Source: a virus (lineage: Duplodnaviria; Caudoviricetes). Taken from it: 37,733 bases of DNA. The notes under the pieces were generated by a model that saw only the letters and a list, made by a program, of their open reading frames with translations, was not told the DNA's origin and searched no databases. Below, one piece after another: positions 10,274-18,064 of the stretch. The stretch is from the IMG/VR virus record IMGVR_UViG_3300031963_000413, positions 1 through 37,733 of that record. The stretch is one strand, 5' to 3'. Each line of letters starts with the position of its first letter. Within the stretch, counting starts at the first letter, position 1. The position numbers and the translations under genes are program-made.

Positions 10274-11013
10274 TATTCTACTTTCTTATTGAGTGTATAC
10301 TTTTTACGAATCATATAATACTTTCTGTAAAAATTAGATTCGTGGAACCATTTTAATATTTTGTTATAATCGTCTTGCTCTTGAGTAACAGCACCATAAC
10401 TCGCAACTATTGTTTTATCAGTAATGAATGGAATTATGTGCAAAATAGGATCACCTGCTTTGATTTCTAATTCGCATTCTCGTTTAGGTGAGCAAATAAA
10501 ATTAACTGTTGTGAAGCCTTTGTAATCTACAACTCCTGGATACACATAAAGATCATCTAAGAACGTAGAGTGATAAAACGCTGGCATCACAAGTGCTGAA
10601 ATATTACCATTACCATGAATTTTCCATGCTCCAGGAAAATTTAAAATTGATGGCTGAACGCCACCTTGAGGCGCAAAGATTCCATCAACAATGCCTATGT
10701 CCATATATTGTGGCTGACCCAGAGGGGTTTGACGTTTTTTAGAATCTTCTCCAGCGTTTCCAACTACACCAACAAATCCTGCTTTGTTTGCTTTGATATG
10801 AAAATTGCTCCAAGCAGGAATAATATATCCTATTCTAGCATAGTCATGCATACCAGGACATTTAGGGAAATTGTAATTATCAAACTTTTTTTCTTGATGT
10901 TCTTTAAATGGTTTTAAATCTTTAGCAAGAATAGGCGGATAATGCGGATAAACTACTTTAGATTTGTCCACAAACTCAAGATCTGGTTTATCTTTTTTTA
11001 AAAAATTAAACAT
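10273..11013 (-). CDS. Hypothetical protein, paralog of 11016..11750 (possible DUF6065-like)
   Basis: KCPGMHDYARIGYIIP, PGVVDY and IKAGDPILHIIPF align with the neighbour's RCLPLLDAMSLGFTIP, SAMVDT and IPAGTPLVTAIPI. Confidence 0.6.
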   Translation of the reverse strand: MFNFLKKDKPDLEFVDKSKVVYPHYPPILAKDLKPFKEHQEKKFDNYNFPKCPGMHDYARIGYIIPAWSNFHIKANKAGFVGVVGNAGEDSKKRQTPLGQPQYMDIGIVDGIFAPQGGVQPSILNFPGAWKIHGNGNISALVMPAFYHSTFLDDLYVYPGVVDYKGFTTVNFICSPKRECELEIKAGDPILHIIPFITDKTIVASYGAVTQEQDDYNKILKWFHESNFYRKYYMIRKKYTLNKKVE

Positions 11014-11015
11014 AA

Positions 11016-11750
11016 TTATTTCTTCTCTCTCAATTCATAAGTATAGTAGTGCGTTCTATTATTTTGAATTCTGCCTATTCTTTCAACAGTTTTAAACTCA
11101 CTTTGCGTAATTGGTCGAACTACAGGCTTCTTCTCAAACGAATTTCGTTTGATTGGTATAGCAGTAACTAATGGTGTGCCTGCAGGAATGTGAACATCAG
11201 CATCAAATATATTTAACAACGCAGGAAAATTAACTTCTTTAGGATATTTGTCCGTATCAACCATTGCGCTTAAACATGTAAACGGTTGATCAAAATGATT
11301 TAGTGGGCTAATGAATAGCGTTGACCAACCTGGTGCTGTTTTAATGATCCATCGATTTAAAAATTTTAGCGGATTACCATGATTAGGTCTTGCTGCGTTT
11401 GGACCACCAACTTGATCAGCAGTATGAAACTCGCAAACTTTAAGACCAGGAGGATTAATCACATCTATTTGACTATTATTATGATTACTACGAATGTGGA
11501 GATCGGCACAAATAGGAATAGTAAATCCTAGCGACATCGCATCTAATAACGGTAAACAACGTTTTGCTGACATTGCTTTGTTACCAAATGAGTCACGATC
11601 ATCACCAAACGTTGGCTCAAGGTTCTTAAACCAATCAGGAAGATGTTTAACAGCAGCTCTTGGCTCAGGGATAATACCAACCAAATCAGGATGACAATAA
11701 AACTCTATGATTGGATTATCCCAAAACTTGAGTTTTTTAAATGTTACCAT
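11016..11750 (-). CDS. Hypothetical protein (possible DUF6065-like beta-fold family)
   Basis: PDWFKNL, KRCLPLLDAMSLGF, WIIKTAPGWSTLF and IPAGTPLVTAIPIKR; overlaps the upstream oxygenase gene by 7 bp. Confidence 0.6.
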   Translation of the reverse strand: MVTFKKLKFWDNPIIEFYCHPDLVGIIPEPRAAVKHLPDWFKNLEPTFGDDRDSFGNKAMSAKRCLPLLDAMSLGFTIPICADLHIRSNHNNSQIDVINPPGLKVCEFHTADQVGGPNAARPNHGNPLKFLNRWIIKTAPGWSTLFISPLNHFDQPFTCLSAMVDTDKYPKEVNFPALLNIFDADVHIPAGTPLVTAIPIKRNSFEKKPVVRPITQSEFKTVERIGRIQNNRTHYYTYELREKK

Positions 11751-12346
11751 GTATTTTTACCCATCACCCAAGCAACCAACGATTTTCGAATACCAGAAGT
11801 CACTGGTCGAACACGATGTGGCATTTTGGAATCAAAGAAAATCACATCACCAAGTTCTGGTTTAGCGAGAAATGGTTCATCAACACGACCATTTAATACG
11901 CACTCAAACTCACCGCCTTCATATTTGCTTGGGTCAGTAAGAACAATAGTTGCGCTGATTTTTCTTTCAAATGGAGTTGACAAATTTGATGCATCAACAT
12001 GCCAATCATAATGTTGTTTGTCTTTAGACTTGTAAACAGTGTATTGAAAATTTTCAAAACCATCAACATCATACATAAAATGATCATAATTGACGGCAGA
12101 AACTAAACTAGAAAATTTTTGATAAAGCCAATCTGAAGTTTGGTCATGCATAATCCACATGACTTCACTATCACGAGTTTTTTTGTTGACTTGACCCTTA
12201 CCTGTCCCAGCGCCGACGGCACCTTTTTGAAATTTTTGCAGGTCTTCTAGGTCTAGGATCTTTTCTATTTCGTCTTTGGTAAATGCTTTTGTAGCAACAC
12301 AAAAACGATTCAAAACACGAGCATAACGTTGCACTGGATACGGCAT
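11744..12346 (-). CDS. 2OG-Fe(II) oxygenase, PKHD/prolyl-4-hydroxylase-like
   Basis: YDWHVD (HxD), RKIS, YEGGEF and PHRVRPVTSGIRKSLVAW (His...RxS); upstream GAGG Shine-Dalgarno. Confidence 0.9.
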   Translation of the reverse strand: MPYPVQRYARVLNRFCVATKAFTKDEIEKILDLEDLQKFQKGAVGAGTGKGQVNKKTRDSEVMWIMHDQTSDWLYQKFSSLVSAVNYDHFMYDVDGFENFQYTVYKSKDKQHYDWHVDASNLSTPFERKISATIVLTDPSKYEGGEFECVLNGRVDEPFLAKPELGDVIFFDSKMPHRVRPVTSGIRKSLVAWVMGKNTW

Positions 12347-12384
12347 AAAATAAACCTCAAAAATAACGAAATCAAATTATAACT

Positions 12385-12392
12385 TATTTATG
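12385..12392 (-). promoter_or_regulatory. Putative late promoter (CATAAATA) upstream of the oxygenase-GT60 operon
   Basis: One mismatch to TATAAATA; intergenic, about 39 nt upstream of the start codon. Confidence 0.55.
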
Positions 12393-12426
12393 AAACTTTG
12401 TAAAGTATATTTGTACGACTTTATAC

Positions 12427-14436
12427 TTACTCAAGTTTGATGACAATTTGTCCACCAGGAGGAACAGCAACAGCAAGATTATCAATTGGAAATGAATCAT
12501 ATGGAACAACTGTTTCTGGAATAGTTGGAGCCACAGTTGAGATTGGTCCACCTGGGAAGTATACGCCAAGAATAGTTTGCGCTTGCCCAACATTTCCTGG
12601 TGTATATGCTGTAATTGGGCGACCTGTTTCTGGTTGATTAGCAATTGGGTATGCTATGTTGTAGTTGGTGCTATAGTTGACGCTATATGCAGTAACTGGT
12701 CTAGATGCTTCTGGTTGATTTGCTACTGGATATGCAATATTATAATTGGTATTATAATTGATCGTGAATGCAGTCGCTGGCTGATTAGCAATCGGCTGGT
12801 TAGCAACTGGATAAGCAACATTATAATTTGTGTTATACAAAATACTATATGCTGTTGCTGGTTGGTTAGCAATAGGATACGCAATATTGTAGTTTGTGTT
12901 GTAAAGAATACTGTACGCAGTCGCAGGTTGGTTAGCAATTGGCTGATTAGCAACAGGATACACAGTATTATAATTTGTAGAATATGCAGTAACTGGTCTA
13001 GATGCTTCTGGTTGATTTGCTACTGGATATGCGATGTTGTAATTAGTTGAGTACGCAGTAACTGGGCGTGACGCCTCAGGTTGACTTGCTACTGGATACG
13101 CAACATTGTAGTTAGTATTATAGAGAATCGTGTACGCAGTAACAGGTCGACCAGTTTCTGGTTGGTTAGCAATTGGATATGCAACGTTGTAATTTGTGTT
13201 GTAGAGAATAGTATATGCTGTCGCAGGTTGGGTTGCGATAGGATATGCTACGTTGTAATTCGTTGAGTATGTAATCGAATATGCAGTTGCAGGTTGGTTG
13301 GCTATAGGATATGCAACGTTGTAGTTTGTATTGTAATTTGCGTTGTTACCACCAGCAGGAGTGCAAACAAAATTTGCTGTATAATACACCTCAAATTCTG
13401 GATAGAAGTTATAATCGATTGAATAATATGTGAATGGTGTGGGGCATGAACCACTTCCATTATAATTTCCTGATGTATTGAATGCTCCATAAAAATTATC
13501 AGAATAATATTCATTCGCATACCAGTTAAAACTTGTCGCTGGATTGTAACTTGCGATTGGTTGGTTGGCTACTGGATATGCAATATTATAATTCGTTGAG
13601 TATGCAGTAATCGGTCTTCCAGTTTCAGGTTGGTTGGCAACTGGATAAACAGTATTGTAATTTGTAGAATATGCTGTAACAGGTCTAGATGCCTCGGGTC
13701 TATTCGCAACAGGATATGCAGTATTATAGTTAGTTGAATATGTGATGCTATAAGCAGTCGCTGGTCTTGATGCTTCAGGTCTATTTGCTACTGGATATGC
13801 AACGTTGTAGTTCGTGTTATAGAGAATCGTGTAAGCAGTGATCGGCTGATTAGCAATAGGATACGCAACGTTATAGTTGGTATTATACAGAATAGTGTAT
13901 GCAGTAATCGGCTGATTGGCAATAGGATACGCGACGTTATAGTTGGTGTTATAATTTGTGCTGTAAGCAGTTGCAGGACGCGATGCTTCTGGTCTGTTTG
14001 CTACTGGGTATGCAACATTATAGTTTGTAGCCCAAGCAGTAATAGGTCTAGATGCTTCTGGCTGTGTTGCAATCGGATATGCAATATTATAGTTGGTGCT
14101 GTAGTTTGTACTGTATGCAGTTGCAGGACGAGCTGCTTCAGGTTGTGATGCGATCGGATATACTGTATTGTAATTTGTGTTGTACAGAATACTGTACGCC
14201 GTCGCTGGTTGATTAGCAATTGGCTGATTTGCGATCGGATAAACAGTGTTATAATTTGTTGCATACGTGATTGCGTATGCTGCAGCCACTGGATCATTAC
14301 CCGTTCCAGCGCGCCCAGATATGGTTCCCTTGAATTGACCATATGGAATCGTAAGGTTTCCAGGGGCATTGAACGTGGTAACTGCTCTGGCTGCACCTAA
14401 AATCCAAGATTTTGATAAAATTAATGGCTTTGACAT
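12427..14436 (-). CDS. Tyr/Asn/Pro repeat protein A: predicted hairpin fibre/adhesin (10+10 repeats around a central tip)
   Basis: Short N domain, 10 repeats, ~72-aa unique aromatic-rich segment, 10 repeats, short C domain. Paralog of 14477..16273. The function is inferred. Confidence 0.75.
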   Translation of the reverse strand: MSKPLILSKSWILGAARAVTTFNAPGNLTIPYGQFKGTISGRAGTGNDPVAAAYAITYATNYNTVYPIANQPIANQPATAYSILYNTNYNTVYPIASQPEAARPATAYSTNYSTNYNIAYPIATQPEASRPITAWATNYNVAYPVANRPEASRPATAYSTNYNTNYNVAYPIANQPITAYTILYNTNYNVAYPIANQPITAYTILYNTNYNVAYPVANRPEASRPATAYSITYSTNYNTAYPVANRPEASRPVTAYSTNYNTVYPVANQPETGRPITAYSTNYNIAYPVANQPIASYNPATSFNWYANEYYSDNFYGAFNTSGNYNGSGSCPTPFTYYSIDYNFYPEFEVYYTANFVCTPAGGNNANYNTNYNVAYPIANQPATAYSITYSTNYNVAYPIATQPATAYTILYNTNYNVAYPIANQPETGRPVTAYTILYNTNYNVAYPVASQPEASRPVTAYSTNYNIAYPVANQPEASRPVTAYSTNYNTVYPVANQPIANQPATAYSILYNTNYNIAYPIANQPATAYSILYNTNYNVAYPVANQPIANQPATAFTINYNTNYNIAYPVANQPEASRPVTAYSVNYSTNYNIAYPIANQPETGRPITAYTPGNVGQAQTILGVYFPGGPISTVAPTIPETVVPYDSFPIDNLAVAVPPGGQIVIKLE

Positions 14437-14460
14437 GTTCGCTCGCTACAACCGCAAAAG

Positions 14461-14468
14461 TATTTAGC
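14461..14468 (-). promoter_or_regulatory. Putative late promoter (GCTAAATA) between the two repeat-protein genes
   Basis: TAAATA core in the 40-nt intergenic gap, about 25 nt upstream of the start. Confidence 0.55.
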
Positions 14469-14476
14469 GATTCGAA

Positions 14477-16273
14477 TCACTCAATCTTTACGATGATTTG
14501 TCCGCCAGAAGGAACCTGTACTGGGTAATTTTCATTATCCTTGAAGTCCCAATAATTAACAACAGTTTCAGGCACAGTTGGAGCAAGCGAGGCAACATCA
14601 CCGCCTGGGAAATACACACCTAGCACATTTGTTGGTGTTCCAGGCGCACCAGGAATATAAGATGTGAGCGGTTGGTTAGCAATTGGCTGATTTTGTATAG
14701 GATATACGACATTATAATTTGTGTTGTAGTTTGTTGACCATGTGGTAATTGGTTGGTTGCCAACAGGATAGACAATATTGTAATTTGTATTATAGTTTAC
14801 TGAGTATGCTGTAGCAGGCTGATTGGCGATAGGTCGATTTCCTTCCACTGCAACTACGTTATAATTCGTTACCCATGCTGTTGCTGGTTGGTTTGCTATT
14901 GGCTGATTAACTACTGGATATACAACGTTGTAGTTGGTGTTGTAGTTTGTGGTGTATGCAGTTGCTGGCTGATTAGCAATAGGTTGTGCAGCAATCGGAT
15001 ATGAAATGTTGTAATTTATGTTATAATTCGTAACCCATGCATTTGCAGGCTGATTAGCAATAGGTTGACTGCCGATAGGATATGAAATGTTATAATTAGT
15101 AGTATAATTCGTTACCCATGCAGTAATTGGCTGATTGGCAAGATTTTGTTGACTGATTGGATAAGCAATATTGTAGTTGGTGTTATAGTTTGTTTGCCAA
15201 GTTGTTGCTGGTTGGTTTGCGATTGGCTGATTAACTACTGGATATACAACGTTGTAGTTGGTGTTGTAGTTTGTTTGTAATGCAGAATAAAAAATTTCAA
15301 TATAACCCGATGTTGGATCTCCTGGTAATGGGCTTCCAAATTCGTCTCTAATTGCATTAGCGTACATACTAACAGGATCTGGCAAATTTGTATTTGTGCC
15401 TAATGAATCCCATAAATTTGTGCCATAATTTCCCGATGTTAACTGTATGGGATATTGCGAGAATTGGTAATCAGCCCCGCCTACCCAATATGATGCAGCC
15501 CAATCTACATTACCGATTGGCTGATTTCCGACAGGATATGCGACGTTGTAATTAGTATTATAATTAGTTACCCATGCTGTTTCTGGCTGATTTGCTATTG
15601 GCTGATTAACTACTGGATACACAACATTATAAAATGTTGCATAATTCGTTACCCATGCTGTTGCTGGTTGATTAGCAATAGGTCTGTTTCCAGTGCCATA
15701 GACAATATTGTAAAAAGTGACGTAATTAGTTGAATATGCAGTTGCTGGTTGATTACCAATAGGTCTGTTACCTTCAACTCCGACAGTGTTATAGAAGGTG
15801 ACATAGTTTGTCACCCAAGCAATTGCTGGTTGATTGTCTATTGGACGATTTTCAATAGGATATACGACATTATAATTCGTGTTGTAATTAGTTGAATATG
15901 CAGTTGCTGGTTGATTTCCGATTGGATAAACAATATTATAATTTGTACTATAATTTGTAACCCAAGTTGTTGCAGGCTGATTCGCAACAGGTTGATTAAC
16001 TACTGGATATACTACATTGTAGTTTGTAATCCAAGCAGTAGCAGGTCTATTGGCAATAGGTTGAGTCGCGACTGGATACGCAACATTATAATTTGTATTG
16101 TAATTTACTGTATAAACTGCAGTAGGAACGTTACCAGAACCACCGCGACCAGAAACAGTTGCAATGTGTCTTCCGTAATCTATGAAAAGATTAGTTGGTG
16201 AATTGAAGGTCTGCGTACCGCGCGAAGGACCTACGATCCAGGATTTTTCTAATGTATCTGGTCTACGTGCCAT
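14477..16273 (-). CDS. Tyr/Asn/Pro repeat protein B: predicted hairpin fibre/adhesin (8+8 repeats around a central tip)
   Basis: Same architecture as 12427..14436; shared termini KSWI.G...TFN.P.NL.I.YG...SGR.G.GN and LGVYFPGG...PETVV...VP.GGQI..K.E. Confidence 0.75.
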   Translation of the reverse strand: MARRPDTLEKSWIVGPSRGTQTFNSPTNLFIDYGRHIATVSGRGGSGNVPTAVYTVNYNTNYNVAYPVATQPIANRPATAWITNYNVVYPVVNQPVANQPATTWVTNYSTNYNIVYPIGNQPATAYSTNYNTNYNVVYPIENRPIDNQPAIAWVTNYVTFYNTVGVEGNRPIGNQPATAYSTNYVTFYNIVYGTGNRPIANQPATAWVTNYATFYNVVYPVVNQPIANQPETAWVTNYNTNYNVAYPVGNQPIGNVDWAASYWVGGADYQFSQYPIQLTSGNYGTNLWDSLGTNTNLPDPVSMYANAIRDEFGSPLPGDPTSGYIEIFYSALQTNYNTNYNVVYPVVNQPIANQPATTWQTNYNTNYNIAYPISQQNLANQPITAWVTNYTTNYNISYPIGSQPIANQPANAWVTNYNINYNISYPIAAQPIANQPATAYTTNYNTNYNVVYPVVNQPIANQPATAWVTNYNVVAVEGNRPIANQPATAYSVNYNTNYNIVYPVGNQPITTWSTNYNTNYNVVYPIQNQPIANQPLTSYIPGAPGTPTNVLGVYFPGGDVASLAPTVPETVVNYWDFKDNENYPVQVPSGGQIIVKIE

Positions 16274-16278
16274 GAATA

Positions 16279-17832
16279 TTATCTAGCGTCTTTAACAGCA
16301 AGTGTGCCAATATAGGTCGCGCCACCGTCATATGTTGTAAATGTCCAGACATCTGTTCTTCCAGCAGCGGAAGTTGTTGCTGGAGGCACTTGCCCACCAG
16401 CCCAATAAACAGTGTTACTCCAAGAAACAGTTTTACCACCCCCACTACCTTGGATAACCACCAATGAAAACGTCATAGCAGTTCCTGATGGTGGTGCGTT
16501 GGTGAAGTTAAACGTTGTACTACCAGACAAAGTATATCTGAACCAGTTAGAATTAGCAAGGTTTGCTGACACAGTTCCTGAAACAGTGCTAGTGTCTAAG
16601 AAATCCTTGACAGACTTCATTGTTCCTGTGATGTTACCAGAAGTATTGATTTCACCAGTTACAGTTAAGTTTGCAGCAGTTAAATTACCAGTGTTTAGAG
16701 GTGCTGGTAGTCCATTTGCTAGGAAATTCCAAGTATCCGTAATATCATTCCAAAACAATTCAGCGTTACCAGAAACAGCAGAACGCTGCACTCGAATTGT
16801 TCCGTTGCCGTCTGTTGTTGCACCGAAGCGTAGGATATACTTGTCATCAGCAGTTGTTGCTGGTGCTTGGATTGGATCAATTACAGTCAATGTTGTGATT
16901 GTAGCATTGATCAAATTAGCATTCGCAATATTAGCAAGGCTAACTACTGCTAGATTATTTGTTTGAGTTCTATTTGAAACAACGAGGTTCCCTGATGTTG
17001 TGTTTTGTGTAACAGCAAGATTTCCAGTTGATGTATTTTGAGTTACAGAAAGATTACCAGAGAACGTATTTTGAGCAACAAAAGCATTACCAGTAAATGT
17101 GTTCCAAGTTACACCGAGATTAGAATAAAGATTTGCGTTGCCTGTAACTTCTAGTCTTGATCCAACGTTAACATTTCCTGTGACATTGGCACTAGCAAAA
17201 AAGAATGTATTTGGCGTCACTTCAAACGTTGCAGCGCCATGAGTATTTGCTACATTAACATGGTTGCCAAAGAAGTATGTGTTTGGCGATACGTTAAAGC
17301 GAGCATCAGCAGTTGTATTTGAAACTCTTACTTTCTGCGATGAAATCGTTGTATTTGATTCAACGTTAAACGTGCCACCTGCTTGCGTATTTGAGATTAC
17401 GACATTTGATGCCGTGATTAACGTATTTGAAGAAACGTTGAATGTGCCGCCAACAGTTGCATTTGAAATGCTTACGTTTGTTGCATAGATAACTGTGTTT
17501 GTATTAATCTGATACAAGTCAGTAGCACCCATGCGGCGATAGTGAATATCACCAGCATCAACATATAGGTGATTGGTTGAGTTGTCTAATTCGACGTTGA
17601 ATACTGTTAGAGTTCCGTCGATATTTGTGTCATCAGCGACATCAAGAATAACACCGCCAGTAGTATTTGCGATTCGAAGATAACCCTCGTTGATCGTCAC
17701 ATTTCCGCGTGGCTTTACAAAGTTGCCGCGAGTAATTTCGTTCACATCATTTGCAACAAGATTGTCATTAATACGCCATTGATTAAACGTATTTGATGTG
17801 CTAATAATTGCAACGTTAATTGTATTTGCCAT
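16279..17832 (-). CDS. Tail fibre-like protein (beta-repeat shaft, conserved C-terminal domain)
   Basis: N-terminal NTFNQWR motif typical of T4-like fibre proteins; repeats such as GNLSVTQNTSTGNLAVTQNTTSGNL; C-terminus homologous to that of the collagen fibre. Confidence 0.7.
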   Translation of the reverse strand: MANTINVAIISTSNTFNQWRINDNLVANDVNEITRGNFVKPRGNVTINEGYLRIANTTGGVILDVADDTNIDGTLTVFNVELDNSTNHLYVDAGDIHYRRMGATDLYQINTNTVIYATNVSISNATVGGTFNVSSNTLITASNVVISNTQAGGTFNVESNTTISSQKVRVSNTTADARFNVSPNTYFFGNHVNVANTHGAATFEVTPNTFFFASANVTGNVNVGSRLEVTGNANLYSNLGVTWNTFTGNAFVAQNTFSGNLSVTQNTSTGNLAVTQNTTSGNLVVSNRTQTNNLAVVSLANIANANLINATITTLTVIDPIQAPATTADDKYILRFGATTDGNGTIRVQRSAVSGNAELFWNDITDTWNFLANGLPAPLNTGNLTAANLTVTGEINTSGNITGTMKSVKDFLDTSTVSGTVSANLANSNWFRYTLSGSTTFNFTNAPPSGTAMTFSLVVIQGSGGGKTVSWSNTVYWAGGQVPPATTSAAGRTDVWTFTTYDGGATYIGTLAVKDAR

Positions 17833-17835
17833 GTT

Positions 17836-18063
17836 TTATTTCTCGCCGCCAACGGCTTTTAAAATTTGCCCTAACATATTTTTGATATCAGAAACTTCTG
17901 ACTTCAGATTATTTATCTCTGATTCCACATTCTTTTGTCTGCGAATCTCAGCTATTTTTTGTTGATGCTTAACAACTGCAGACTTGTTTGTATTTAATAA
18001 CGCAAAGTTGTTCATATCCTTCACGAAATCCATATTATCTGACACTCTTGCTTTATCTTCCAT
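17836..18063 (-). CDS. Small coiled-coil hypothetical virion-associated protein
   Basis: Probable start at ATG 18063 (MEDKARV), just after the upstream stop; heptad segment EINNLKSEVSDIKNMLGQIL. Confidence 0.65.
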   Translation of the reverse strand: MEDKARVSDNMDFVKDMNNFALLNTNKSAVVKHQQKIAEIRRQKNVESEINNLKSEVSDIKNMLGQILKAVGGEK

Positions 18064-18064
18064 A

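Noticed and set aside
12427-16273. Repeat arrays considered as CRISPR or as a diversity-generating retroelement TR/VR pair
   Set aside because: The repeats are in-frame coding units varying at synonymous sites. There is no constant repeat-spacer structure, no adenine-specific pair that I could see, and no reverse transcriptase in the window.
16263-16445. 60-aa minus-strand ORF bridging the fibre and protein B (possible frameshift product)
   Set aside because: It overlaps a conserved domain in another frame, ends 11 nt into the next gene, and no slippery site was identified.
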